DNA from: Rhizophagus irregularis
Lineage: Eukaryota
Direction: 5' to 3'
NCBI RefSeq assembly: GCF_026210795.1
Contig: NC_089433.1
Span: 124,001-188,000, forward strand
Length of the DNA: 64,000 nucleotides
The position numbers were made by a program, and so were the translations under genes. Numbering within the stretch: position 1 is the stretch's first letter; each line of letters begins with the position of its first letter. Shown piece after piece: positions 37,389-51,860 of the stretch. The notes below the pieces were generated by a model that searched no databases, was not told the DNA's origin, and saw only the letters and a program-made list of their open reading frames with translations.

Positions 37389-40300
37389 AAATTGAAAAAA
37401 TGACAAACCCACCACTAACATACCTCTTGAAACATTGGTCCTCATTATTAACTAGTCGGGATTTCGTGATTTCAAATACCATCCACTTCTCAACCCTTGA
37501 TAAACTAATACGCACAATGTTACAATGTCTCTTCCTCTTCACTCAAGTTATTTGTTGGCATTCCGTCATGGCGAATAATTTTGGTTAACTTACTTGGCCG
37601 CTTTTGGCTTGGTCGTTCAAATCTTGGCCAAACCAATTTTGTTTATTTGTTATTATTAGCTTCTCAGCATTGACACTTGAATGATTAGTCGCTTTATCTT
37701 GGCAACTTGGTTTTGAATAAAAGTTTCGTCAAGCGGCGTAAAGAAACTAAGAACTTAATTTTCTTTATATTAAATTAGTTTGATAAAATTTTTTTTTAAA
37801 AAAAAAAAGTAAGAAAGAAAATGAGAATAAAAGAATAAAAATAATACATTTGTCATAGTACAAAATATTGGTTTTGGAAAATTATTCGGTAAAATAAAAT
37901 TGGACGTACTATTTTAGGAAAATAAAGAACACAATATCACGTGATTAGCGGGAAAAATCTTTTAAAAATCTTTATAAAAAATTTTTTATAATAACAATAG
38001 AAAAAAAAAAGAAAAATTCAAAATAAAAAAAAAATTTAAATTAAAAAAGTGTTAAAATAAAAAAAAAATTTTTTTTTTTTTTTTATATGTTGTTTCGAGA
38101 TTGCATTCTTTTCTCAGGAGAAGATATTATAATGAATTAAAATGGGAGTAATGTTTAACGCGTTTCATCCCATTTAGTTTATCTAATAATGTGAATCATT
38201 CAAAAACGTTCAACACCTTCACACGAGAAAGAAACTTTAAAAACTTGTTATTGACTGTAAAAGAACAAAGGATACTAAATTCAATCAACTGAATAAATTT
38301 GATTGGTGCATGAATTACATAAAAATATGATCGCGTATGTGAATATCGCATATAAATAATACAAAAAAAGACATTTCACGCCAAATGTACAAAGTTTTTC
38401 GGAGATTCCGGAGATTATAAAGTTTTATAAAGTAAAAAAAAAATTTTTTTCAATCAAAGTGATAATTAATGAATCTTGATTTTTAACGCGCTATGGCGCA
38501 TCTCAAATATTTAAGTGAGCAACATTTTTAAATGAACATCTTATTATAGTTAATTTTTTTCCATTTCCTTTAGGTTATTTGTTTCGCGAAACATGGAAAT
38601 GTAGGGTGAATTTGATATTAATTACCTCATTCTCAATTTATGATATAAATAAATGCCGTCAAAATGATTTGATCTTTTTTGTTTTTGAAACGTTTTAATA
38701 TAAATATGTCAAGTAAGAAAAAAAATTATGTACAGGTTATATGTTACGTGATAATCTAAAATATACATCCTTTATTATAAATTTTTTTTTTAATGAAGTG
38801 GGAAAAAAAACCTGAAAGAATAAAAGAATATATATGTACATATACGGTGAAACTTTACTCTAAAGATCACGATGCGGTAAACACCATTACGGAGAATTAA
38901 CGCCGTATATGTACCAATAAGGATTTAACATATCCATAAAATGAACAATATAAAAAAACTTTGATAAGATGAACCATGTACATATATAAATATATAATAT
39001 ATAAATATTATATATATATAATAAAAATATATATTTTATATAATATTTGAATATTTACTTTATTTTCATCGAAAGGAATTGAATTGCTAAAATCATCCGT
39101 TCCGTTACCTTTTTATCTTTTTTTTTTTAAAAAAAAAATTTATCATCATAACCTAAACTTTATCAAGAAAAATATACTACTATAAAAAAATTATATGAAA
39201 TATGTATTACTTTAAATAGATTGTGGCACAGCAATATTCGGTTAAGGCTGAAATGAGTAGCGCTAAGAATATCAATTATTAGGATGAATTTGGTTAGCGT
39301 TGTACGAGCGCAGTTGATTTGTATCATATTAGTTATACCTTTTAACAATGAAAAAATACTTAATTAATTCTTTTTTAAAAATAAAAGGGTAACAATATGA
39401 ATCACGTGATATAGTTCGCTTCTCATAATTTTTTCATATGTACAATGAAAACATTTCCTAATTGGGACCCGAAGAAATCATGTGAAATGGTTATTCGTTC
39501 ATGCTTAATTGGCGTGTTTCACATGCGCAGCTTACGCAGCTTTTTTTTTTTAAAAAAAAATACTTACAATGAAAAATTCCTAAATTATTTGAGATAAAAA
39601 ATAATCAAACTATTTTAAAAAAAAAAGCCACGTAAAAAAATTAATAAAAACAAAGTATCGTATACGGTTTACAACATTTATTTTTATTTTTTAAGTTAAT
39701 TTCCGGGATCGACCGGGAATTCCGATCGGAATGCAAAAAATGCAAGCAATTTAATTATTTTTTTCAACGATCATCTAATGTCATACAAAAAAAAAAAAAA
39801 GATTTCCGCGTTTTCCGTACACATGCTTTCAAAATGTTTCAGATTAAAATTTCCAAGAATTTTCTCATAAAAAAATCCTCATAGACAATTTTAAATGTGA
39901 AACATTATTGAAGGAGTCCAGAAAAAACGTGAAAATTCCATTAATGAATTCTCAAATTTCTATCATAAAAAATTCTTTGATAAACCTCCATTGTATTATT
40001 TCCACTTTTTATCATTAAAAAGTTTCAAGAATTTGATTATATCATAATTACAATTTTTTTATATAATCATAATTATTCATAATTATGAAGATTACATAAT
40101 TACAGGAGATAATTACAGGAGAAAAAAAAAAAAAAAATTTCCCTAAATCAAAAGTAATTTAGGTTAGAACATTGTATTGAAAAAACTTTGTTATGTTTAC
40201 ATGTAAAAAAAACAATTAATTTATTTATTATTTTTTTTTTTTTTTTTTCTGCCAAGAAATGCATAAAAATACCGCTTAAACCAAGTTTTTTTTCTAAAAA

Positions 40301-43300
40301 GAAACGCACGAGAAAATCCACGTGAAAAAAAAAAATTAAAAAAATCGTGATAATCAGGAAATATGATGTGCTTATTATCTAATTCACTACAAAACAAATT
40401 TTTTTCATTTTTTTTTCTATATTTAATTTATTTTACCTGGTAAAAAAAAAAAACCAGGTGTAATAAAATTTGTTGTACTATGGAAATTTCTATCTAATTG
40501 TTCTATGGGATGTTGATCAATTTTATTACCGTTTTTGGAAATTTATTTTACAAAAAAAAAGATAACCGTGAGGATTGACGTGAGGATTGCCAGTGAAAGA
40601 TTACCGTTACTTTTTATCTTATTTTTCATAACATCACATTTTAGTAAGAAAGAAATTCTATCATCCATTAAATTAACAAGTTAACGATTGTTATAATAAT
40701 CAAAGCCCCAAGACGGAATTAATACTCCAAAGAACCAATAAAATAGAATTAAAAAAATTTTAAAAAAAAAACCAATTTGAATTCAATTTTTAACGATCAT
40801 TTCCTGTTTGTAAAACAATGGAAAAAATCAAAAAACTTAAATTGCTGCATTTCCGAAAAAGAGAAAATATCAATATCCTATTCCGGTTTAGTTTTCTAGA
40901 AATAGAAAACAACCAATTTTTGATTAATTTGCTGCGCACAATGACATATTGGGCTGGGTAATTTAATTCCGGGAAAGATCTACAAACAAAAAAAAAACCT
41001 TAACACGAGAATGAAAAAACATGACAACATTTAAGATCACGTGAAGCTTTCTTAGCGTTCTTAGCGGGCGTCGGTATTTTTTCTCCTTTTTTCATTGAAA
41101 AAATTAAAAATTTTAATCAGATGATTATCTCTTATTGTTATCTTTATATTGTTTTATAATATTTATTTATTATTTTTTTTTTTTAACAAAGAAAAGAGAA
41201 TTTGCTAAAATCATTGATCAAATAATTTTCAATTCATTAAAATAAATCAGATTTTTTTTTTAGTAGTAGATTCCGGAACATGTATTCCGTAGTTTCCCGC
41301 ATGAAGGTCAGAGGGATTTTTTTTTTTTTTTTAAGAAAAAAGGATCTATTTTTAAAATTAAAGAGTAAAAAATAAATTTCAGACCAATTCATTTTTGGAA
41401 ATTAAGTTTATAAATCTTAATTCTTGATCCGAAAATATCAACAAATCATTTTAATAAATTCGGAAAATTTTATAAACTCATTGTCTGCCCAAAAAAAGGT
41501 TGTCGATCATAACAAAAAAAATGGTTGATCTTCAGAATTTTTTTCATTTTTGTAAATGAATTTCCAATTTAAAGTAATAAACGCAGTAAAAAAATATAGT
41601 AAGTAACAAAAAAAATTATTTCAAACCTGTCAATTTCTTTTTTTTTTTTTCAAAAATAAAATTTTTTTTTTTTTTTTTTTAGAAATGGTTTAAGTTAAAT
41701 GATGTCATCATTTTTTAATAAAATTAGAAAAAATTTTTTTTTGGGCGGAAACAAATTATAATTGGAAAACTAATACCAAAACATTTTTTTGTATATAAAA
41801 ATCAATACTTAATAAATTGAGACTAACTTCAATATTTATTGTTATCAAATTTTAGCCAAATGGCTAAAAATAAAAAAGAATAATTGAAGGAATTTTTTTT
41901 TTTTTTCGCTAAAAATTTCATAAAATTTGTTATTGTTTTTTTATTGTTGTACGAATTAAATTAACCATTAAAAAATTAGTCAAAAAGAGTAAAATTATGT
42001 GACAAACAATTTTCTCAATTAAAATTTATCAAACCTACTCCGGTTATATATAACATAACTATTACAATACAACATAACGATAATAATACAACTTTTATAT
42101 AACATAACTATTATAATACAACTATACAACTATACACAACTATACACAACTAACTATACACAACTTATACACAACTTATACACAATTATATAACGCAGCT
42201 ACAGTATATACACAACGGTTTTTTTTTTAAATAAAAATAAAAATAAAGCCACAAACGATCGGATAAAAAGGGTTTTCAAAGAAAAAAATGAATCATTTAT
42301 AATCATTTAATATAAGGAAATAAGGAAAAATATAAGGTAATGCGTTATTATTGATTAGATGTTTTATTATTATTATTATTTTTTTTTTTTAAAAAAAAAA
42401 AATTTAAAATTAAATACACAACATATTAAAATTATAATTTATTGGTAAAAATAAAATAATTTTCATTTCCAAAATAAGATTCTTTAAAAAAATATTCCTC
42501 GAATAAAACAAATTTATTATATTTATTATGTATGTTTATAGTAATTATAGCAACAAATTAAAATCAATTTTGATGTTTCAAAATTTGAATATTTTAAAAT
42601 ATTTTTTTGAAATAACCAATATATTGAATATATTAAATATCGAATATATTGAATATTGAATATATTGAATATATTTAGCATTTTGAGTATATTGAGTATT
42701 TTGAGTATATTGAGTATTTTGAGTATATTGAGTATTTTGAGTATTTTGGGTATTTTGAATATCCAGTCAAATCATTTTCCAAAAAGTATTCTTCATTTGC
42801 TTCGAAATCAATAATATAAACCTGTTAAAAAACAGGTTATTATTATTTATTATAACCGTAGATTAAAAAAATTAACACATTTTATGAAACATAGTAAACA
42901 TGAACAACAAAATATTAATTATTAATAAACATGAATAACGAACCATTTTTTTAAATTATTATTAAATATGAATAAAGTCTTTATTGGAGAAAAAAAAATT
43001 AATCCCAGATCAATTCAATTTATGTAAATGATAAAAAAAAATATACAATTTATATACGAAAATAAAAATATGAAAAAAAAATGTATGTATAAAAAATGAA
43101 ATAAAAAAAAAGAAGAAAAATAAAGGAAAAAGAAGAAAAATACAGAAGAAAAAAAAAAAAGATTTATTTTATATATTACAGATTTTGCTTTTGCCAAAAA
43201 AGAATACGAAATACGAAAAAGAATTTACAAATAAACTTGAAAATCGTGAAATAATCTTAAAACTTATTACAATATATATATATATATATATATATAATTC

Positions 43301-43421
43301 GAAAGGGAGAAAATGAAAAAATCTATATATTAACAAGAAGAGAAATCATAAAAAAAAAAGAAATTAAAATTCGACGTATTATAAATTTCTATATCGTAAA
43401 TTTTTAACGAAAATCTTATTT

Positions 43422-44456
43422 CTAAAGTAAATAATGTTGGTTATTATTGATCGCGTTTTGGTTATCCTCGTACGAAATAAATTGTTGTGGATATTCGGGA
43501 TATCCATTATTTAAATTAAAATTGTTATAATTATCAAAATATATCAAAAGATCTAATGGATTATTAAAAGGTGATGGTAATTCATTAGAAGCTTCTGATA
43601 CACATTGTGGAAATAAATCTGGTGATTCGACAAATTCCGGCATTGGTGACGATGAAGATGATGAATATGATGATAATGAAGAAGACCCGGGTGAAAGCAA
43701 TTGAGGTGAAGCTAATTGTGGGGGAGATGGAAGTAATTGTGGTGAAAGTATTTGTGGTGAAAGTATTTGTGGTGTAATTTTTTGTTCTGTACCATTATTA
43801 TTATTATTATTATTATTGTTATTTGAATTTATCAAATTTGTTGAGTTTTCTATTGAATCATTATTATCATCATTATTCGTCGTATCTCCTAGAAAATTGG
43901 TTACACTAAAAGTATTTAACATTGAACTATCAACAACTACACTATTCTCGCTAAAAACGTGCGATTTAAATATTTGTCTTTTCTTTGGCTGAAATCTATA
44001 ACCGGGATATAATTCTTGATGAAGTATTACTGCTTGCAATGCGAGGATATCATAGCGTTCTTTAACTTCCGCGGAGATGTTGGTCCATAATTGTTTGCTT
44101 TGACGACATATGTCTGGCATTGCGTATCTGTAACCTAACTTTCTTAGTTCAAGCATATAACAATTCTTGAACAGAAAGTAGGAGTTCGGCGGTCTCGGAG
44201 GTACCACTTGCTTGCGAGGCTTCCTTCTTGTACTAATCAATTCAGTTACAGTGTATTTTGGATTATAAACACAATCTAAATCTAAATTTTCTGGAATACA
44301 TTTATGATTTTTTGTAGAAGAAACTGTTGAAGAAGTTGAAGAAACCGAAGAAGTTGGTAATGAAGAAGGACGATAGACGGAGTTGAGACCATTTTGTTGT
44401 TTGCTAAGTTCTTCAATGGCAACTTGAAAGGCTTTGGATTTTCCCATTTTTGTCAT
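43422..44456 (-). CDS. MATA_HMG-box transcription factor, intronless, 344 aa
   Basis: HMG box PPRPPNSYFLFKN...ICRQSKQLW....AEVKERYDILA....HQELYPGYRFQPKKR; first ATG at 44456 (MTKMGK) after an A-rich leader; Asn/Ser/Pro-rich C-terminus; uninterrupted ORF. Confidence 0.93.
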   Translation of the reverse strand: MTKMGKSKAFQVAIEELSKQQNGLNSVYRPSSLPTSSVSSTSSTVSSTKNHKCIPENLDLDCVYNPKYTVTELISTRRKPRKQVVPPRPPNSYFLFKNCYMLELRKLGYRYAMPDICRQSKQLWTNISAEVKERYDILALQAVILHQELYPGYRFQPKKRQIFKSHVFSENSVVVDSSMLNTFSVTNFLGDTTNNDDNNDSIENSTNLINSNNNNNNNNNNGTEQKITPQILSPQILSPQLLPSPPQLASPQLLSPGSSSLSSYSSSSSSPMPEFVESPDLFPQCVSEASNELPSPFNNPLDLLIYFDNYNNFNLNNGYPEYPQQFISYEDNQNAINNNQHYLL

Positions 44457-47400
44457 TTTTTTTTTTATTTTTTTTTGATTGAACGAATTTAACAAAGTAT
44501 AAACGAGTAAAAGAAGAAAAAAAAATATCGAGTTTATAAACGAACTAAAGCTAAAAATTTTTATATTTTAACGAGTAAAAAAAAAATTTATCGAGTTTAT
44601 AAACGAACTAATTTGAAAATTTTGTATTTGGTATTTTTTTTTTCCTTGCAACAAAAATTTCATCCTTATTTATATTTAAAATTTCTGATAATAATGTATG
44701 TATTCAATTGTGAAACATAATTATTAAATTTGGTATAGTGTATGATGATTATTGTGATTATTGTGATTATTAAAGATTATATATATACTTTATAATTTAT
44801 TTATTGTCCCTTTGTCCTGAGTTAAAATACTAAAAAATTTATCGGAATGATTTTCTGACTCAGTTCCTAATACTGTATAAATTAAGAAGTTTTAATTTAA
44901 TTTCATTTATGCAAATTTAATATGCAAATAAAATATACAAAATAATATACAATAGAATAAGAATTGATTATTTAATTTATATGATAATCGCAAAAAAAAA
45001 AAATAAAAAAATAAAAAAAAAAATATATACATTTATTTTTTTTTCAAAAGAGTATCACAAGATGTGTTTTTTCACTTCTTCACGGAAAAACAACAAAAAT
45101 TCGTGTGAAACTGTTTCTAAATTTATTTTTTTTTTTATCTGATAAGAATTTTGCTTTTTACTTTCATTTATTTTATTTTATTTTATTTTTTTTCTTTAGG
45201 TAAAGATAAAAGAGATTTCTTTTTTCGTTGAAAACCGGAAAATTGGCGTCTTGGGATCATGTTTGATAAAAAAAAAAAGTAGAAAAGAAAGAATTTAAAG
45301 AATTTACTAAGAAAACTTGCACACATTTACACATCATATGCATTAATGTGTACATATTCGGAATAGCCGTGATTTAAAATAAAATCTTTTATAAAAGTTT
45401 ATAAACACGTAAGATTATAAAATATTGATATTATATTTATTTTGTACGTGATTAAGTGATTTATATTACTGGTAAACTGAAACGATACCGTATCCAAAGT
45501 ACCCATTAAATTTCTATCGGTTTTAAAGGTCCGTATTACACTTATATTAAGTATATACCATATTTTAAGTATAAGGAACCAAAATCGGTTATCCTTGTCC
45601 GTAAGTATAATGAATATATAATATATATTTATTTTTAATTTCATATAATTTTCAAGTTTTAAATTTCCATATTAGTTAATAAGATAATTAGAACTAATAA
45701 TATTCGAGACTGAAATGCACATCTAATACTTTAGTAAATTTATAAGTAAAAAGGTAAAAAGAATTTTTAAAAAATTATATTTAGAATTTATAAGAATCAA
45801 AATTGGACATAAAATTAACCTAATTAAAAAAAATCATTAAATTTCAACGTGAAATTGACTTTTTTCCAAAAATAGAATTTCATCAATGATATTCTGTTTA
45901 AAAAATTTACTAGTTTGCCTTTTTTGATATCAAGAAATATAAGTAAATTTAGTTCGATATCACATGATCGACACTAAGAACAATTTATTTCATTGTTTCA
46001 AATAAAATAGTTCAAACATTTTCGTCATTCTACAAAAAAAACGAAACCAATTTCACATGATATATTATGATATATTAAATGGCGCATGCGCAGTAAATCA
46101 AGGGACCAGTTCAATATATTATTATAATATTTTTACTTGTTAGAAAACTTTAATTTGTACATTATTATTACATGTAATCATTATTATTAAAAATTCTTGA
46201 AGCAGACGCCAATCCCTCATGTAATGAAATGATCTTCTTTACCATATTAATCGATTGTACAAACAAGACGCATGGTCTAATTAAATGATGCATTTATACC
46301 GGAATCCTCATTTCCGACATGCGTTTTAAAATGATTTACTTATTTTACTTATTTACCGAATTTATCAATTTTTTTAAACCGAAACTGTATTTTTTGACTA
46401 ATGTTTGACTATTAATATTATTGAATTTTTTTTTTTTTAACCAAAGGGATTCTCTTATTTCGGAATAATGATTGCGTTTCATAAAAATTTTTTTTTCATT
46501 AATAAAGAAAAACATATAACAAATAAAATATAAATATGTAATGTATGTCATAAATTTTTTCATTATTTCAAAGAGATTTCATCCTCACTTCGGAATCAAA
46601 AGTACGTCATGCAAAGTGACCATAAAACCATCTTATAATAGCAATAATGTCGTAATAATTAATGCGCATGATTATGATAGTACAGAAGAATGATTATTTC
46701 GACAATTTATTATTGTTGAAGAAAGATGATACAAGTAGGTCAGATGAAAGGGTCCATTATGTGATCACGCACATGATCACATGAGTAATCATTGATATAT
46801 AGATAATAAATATGTTGTACATAACCCACATAACCCACATAACCCAGCATGACCCAACATAACTCACATAACTCGACGGTTAATATTTTTTATATGCAAC
46901 ACAGTACGATAATATTAATAAGTTGAAATTTAGCCAGACAAATTATTTATTGCAATTTATAGTAATTAATAAAAAAGCGTTGAAGCAACTTTATTTTTTA
47001 TAATTTCTTTATTAAGAAGTTTGAAGAATAGTAATATTACTCCATTTAGAACATCATAATTTATACAATCCTTTCTTTTTATTATTATTATTATATTTAT
47101 TATCCAATAAAAAATTATTATTTTACTATTACTAATACGCAATGCAATGGCCGCTGATTGAAATGCTGCAATGAACCTGCAAATGATGGTTGACTTCTCT
47201 TTAGAATTGGATGACAAAAATAATCAAATGATATTTTTTGACCAAATATTTCATAATTTCTAACATAGAAGAAAAAGAAGAAAGAAAAAAAAAAATATGA
47301 AAGGGAATACCAGGAATAGGAGGTAGTGAGGAAGATGACAAATATAAACATAAATAATAATAGTAGGTTTTTCCGCCAAAGAAAAAAAAATTTTTTTTTT

Positions 47401-50400
47401 TGTTTTGTTTTGAATATCATAAAAAAAAAAAAAATTTCATTCATTCAATAATAATAATATTATTAACAATATTATATAACCTTTGTCTGTCATTTTGTCC
47501 GTGGTCCGTCATTTGTGTTTTCTGTTTTATCACATAATTGTTTTCCCCTTCGATACAGAACTTTCAATTGAAAAATTTTAATGACTTAGCAAAATACGGA
47601 ATGTATATACATATAATATATATATATAGTATTTCAATATATATTAATGATCGCTTAATTATTTGTTTTTATACGACACACATTTTTTACCAGGTAATTA
47701 TTTTAGTCAGATGACCCCCTAAAAGCATTCCTTTTTTCTTTTTTTTCATAGCTGTGGGTAACAAAGAACATATGCATAAGACAAAGTAAGTAAAATTTAT
47801 AAAAAAAAAAAAAAAAAAAAGATTCTTTAAAGAAAAAAAAATACCCTTGATAAAGTAAAATGATGATCATAATTAAATTATTATTTGTTTGTTTTGATAG
47901 CTATTTAGACTACTTTACTACTTTATTATAAAAAAATAATTTCACGTGTTACGTATCTGTCGATCGGTGTCTATCGGTTGGTTTTTTACCAACAAAAATA
48001 AAAATAGAACGGAGTTGAATTACCATCTATTAATAGATTTGTACTTTTGTTTGCTGTTATTTTTAATTACTTTTTTTTTAGACGAGCATAGAAGTAGATT
48101 GTGGAAAAAAAAAAAAAATTTATATATATACACATAAATGTAAAGAAGATATTCTTCTATAATATAATTGTGCAATGAAGATTATTCCAAAGATTTCGAT
48201 AAAGGCTGACATAATTTTAGGAAATTTCGATTATTGAGTACGATAAAGTTTTTTTTTTTTCCAAGCTTCTATATCGAAAAAACGTTAATTCTACGTGGAA
48301 AGGCAAGATTAAAATTTAACATTCCAGAAAAAAATGTGGGATGTTTATTAAATACATTATCTATTGAATATCAAAAGTTTAGTGTTTGAATGTTTTGATG
48401 TTTCGATGCAGAAAAATTGGTTACGTGTACTTAAATGAATTCTTTCAAAAGGAAATATAAAAGTTTCAAAAGTTTCAAAAAAATATTCTTTGTGTTTCGT
48501 ATTTTATTTTTTTTAATATAATAATTACATATATATATATTTTTTTAAACAAAGTTTTAATATTGTTTTCATTTTTTTTGATCTAACTTATTTTACTTAT
48601 TCTTTAAAAGAAACAATTATCATTTTTTTTTTGTTTTTTTTTTGGAATTTTCTTTGTGATCTTTTTTAAATTACTATTAAATAATATTTTCAAGTATATA
48701 AAAAAAAATTTTTTTTTTTTTTTATTTCTCGCGTGCATTAAAAACGCGTCGCGTTTTTGTTTATCATAAGCATTTAATCGGAAGCACAATTTATTCATCC
48801 ATGTTTACATTTGGTTTTATTATTGAATCTCCTTTTTTTTTTAATCAAAAGGTTCATATAGTTCATATTAGGATAGTAATTCATATAAGGTTCATTAATT
48901 AATTTATTTATCGGCTTATATACTTATATACTATTAATAATATCGGGTATAATGCATAAGGTCACATCTTAATCATCTTAATTGCTTAAGTGGAATCTTT
49001 TTTGTATAATTCACTTCATTTTTTCCGAAGATTCGAAACTTTTATTATAAAGAAATAGAAAAAAAAAAAATTAAATAATTGCAGTGGTAGTTACACAGAA
49101 AAAATTTAAGACAAAGAAATTTGGACTATTCTAGCCCACTTGGCAAGCGGGCAAATTTTTCTTCGAGAAAATAATATATTCAATTATTTACCATTATTAT
49201 AATAATTATTTATTTTAAACAAGAAAACAAACAAGAAAAAATAAAATAAAAATATATATATATAAAAAAAAAATTTTATTTATTAAAAAAAATAAAATAA
49301 AAAAAATAAGATTCAATGGATTCAATAATAATAAAAATGGCGTTTTTATAAAGTGATATTAAAGAATAATTTTATCAAAAAAAGAAAAAAGAAAAGAAAC
49401 AAAAGCCAAGAATAATTTATTACTCTTGAAACCTTAATCCTAACATGATTATTTGATTTAATGGGTTAATCCCAAATGGGACGCGTCCGTGGTTTTTCTA
49501 ATAATAAAAGAATTACACTTAATTCTCTTGTAAAAGAGAACTGATATTAAAAATTTATTTATGTACAACAAATAAACGTTTACTAACATTAGATATTCTC
49601 TTCATCATGTTAACAATGTTGGAACAATTAATTTTAAGTAACAAAAGGTGATAATTAAAATAATTATTCCTAGATTTAGATTGTTTAGATTGTTATGGAA
49701 TACGGAATTCAGCTCCCGATATTTCACCAAATTCGATCAATTAACGTTTAATACGTTTAATACATGTTTCAAGTTGATGTCAATGATTATGTCAATTGGA
49801 ATTCAATTCCGATAATTTCAGACTAAATTGATCAAAAGTTAAATTTATATTATATTAAATTATATTTTATTTCTTATCAATCAAAATCTCTTTTCTTGGT
49901 ATCCGCAGTAACTTAATCACGTTTAATTTACATATTTTTTACATGGTTACAAATTTGACAAGAATCAATTACTTTATATTGACTTTTTCTTACTCATAAT
50001 GAATTTCTTTCATTTTATTCCGTTATTCCGCGCATTTATTAATTTATTTTGCAGCTTCTTCAAATACAATTTGAAACGTTTTATAAGGCGTATGACATAC
50101 ATTTTGTCTGTACGATTTGTCAGACAATAATTTATTGGCATCTCTGGATATCTTAGGGTATCTTTGGGTAAGACCTTTTTTTGTAATTGCCAACCTTGAA
50201 AAAAAAAAAAAATTCATACTCTTTTAACTTTGCAATTATCAACTTTTGAAAAAAATTTGTATTATTTGTGTTTTACATATTCTGACATCTGACTATTCTG
50301 TGAATACGAATCACATATCTTAAATAACTATCAAATATCAAAATATCAAGTGGGATATAGATATACTTTTCATTCTTTCATTCTTCTTCCTTTTTTTTAT

Positions 50401-50446
50401 ATATATAAACCTTTTTGTTTTCGTTCTTCATTTGGTCCAGTTGGAA

Positions 50447-51860
50447 ATCTTTTGTGACGTGCGATTTTTCGTAGCATCATTTCGATATTTCGATTGAAAT
50501 CTTACCATGTTATATACTGTATGTACGGTAGTTATTGCACTGTGTACGAGTTAAACCACTGTTTTCTTTTGAATGCTTTTAAATTTTCTACATTATTAGA
50601 TAAATTTCCGTAAACTTGATTTCAACCGGGATTCGAATTATTATTAAATCTTCGTGAGTTTACTATGGTTATTTGAAAGAACATAAGATTATCGAAATTG
50701 AAAGAAATATTCCGAAATTACATAATATCGATCGTCAATCAGATTTTTAATAAACAATTTGATAGTTAAGGTAATAATTTTTAAAATTAGTTATAATAAA
50801 GACAAAGAAAATTTTTTGCTCTTTGTTATTCTTTGTTAAAAAAATTTTTTTAATCTTATATTTTAGTAAAATACAAATTCAATTGTACTTTGGAATGAAT
50901 TCAATTATATTTTGAAATCATTTAGTCTCAAATTGTGTAAGATTTTGAAATTGTGTAAAGTTTTGATCTTTTTTGTGTCAAAATTTCATCCCTCTTGATA
51001 AATTACTTTTTTTTCGAAAAATTTCTTTTTCATTATTCAAAGAATCCAGGATTTCTACCTATTAAATGCATGAATTGTATATTAGTAATCTTTAATTTCA
51101 ATTTTTTTTTTTGTAGTGATTTGCTATCTTTTGTGATTGTAAAACTTTTATCTTTTGTGACGTGCGGTTTTTCGTAGCATCATTTCGATATTTCGATTGA
51201 AATCTTACCATGTTATATACTGTATGTACGGTAGTTATTGCACTGTGTACGAGTTAAACCACTGTTTTCTTTTGAATGCTTTTAAATTTTCTACATTATT
51301 AGATAAATTTCCGTAAACTTGATTTCAACCGAGATTCGAATTATTATTAAATCTTCGTGAGTTTACTATGGTTATTTGAAAGAACATAAGATTATCGAAA
51401 TTGAAAGAAATATTCCGAAATTACATAATATCGATCGTCAATCAGATTTTTAATAAACAATTTGATAGTTAAGGTAATAATTTTTAAAATTAGTTATAAT
51501 AAAGACAAAGAAAATTTTTTGGTCTTTGTTATTCTTTGTTAAAAAAATTTTTTTAATCTTATATTTTAGTAAAATACAAATTCAATTGTACTTTGGAATG
51601 AATTCAATTATATTTTGAAATCATTTAGTCTCAAATTGTGTAAGATTTTGAAATTGTGTAAAGGTTTGATCTTTTGTGTCAAAATTTCATCCCCCTTGAT
51701 AACTTTTTGAAAATTACTTTTTTTTCGAAAAATTTCTTTTTCATTATTCAAAGAATCCAGGATTTCTACCTATTAAATGCATGAATTGTATATTAGTAAT
51801 CTTTTAATTTCAATTTTTTTTTTTTGTAGTGATTTGCTATCTTTTGTGATTGTAAAACTT
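50447..51860. repeat. Direct tandem duplication of ~703 bp of non-coding DNA
   Basis: 50447-51149 is repeated at 51150-~51860 with only a few substitutions and small indels. Confidence 0.95.

Noticed and set aside
37171..37542. 123-aa ORF with poly-Ile/Thr
   Set aside because: Translation of a microsatellite
42050..42760. Short low-complexity repeats (TATACACAAC, GAGTATATT)
   Set aside because: Ordinary slippage repeats downstream of the HMG gene, with no further structure
43422..44456. HMG gene as a mating-type locus
   Set aside because: No triose-phosphate transporter, RNA helicase or homeodomain neighbours in the window; MATA-HMG genes form a large paralogous family in this lineage
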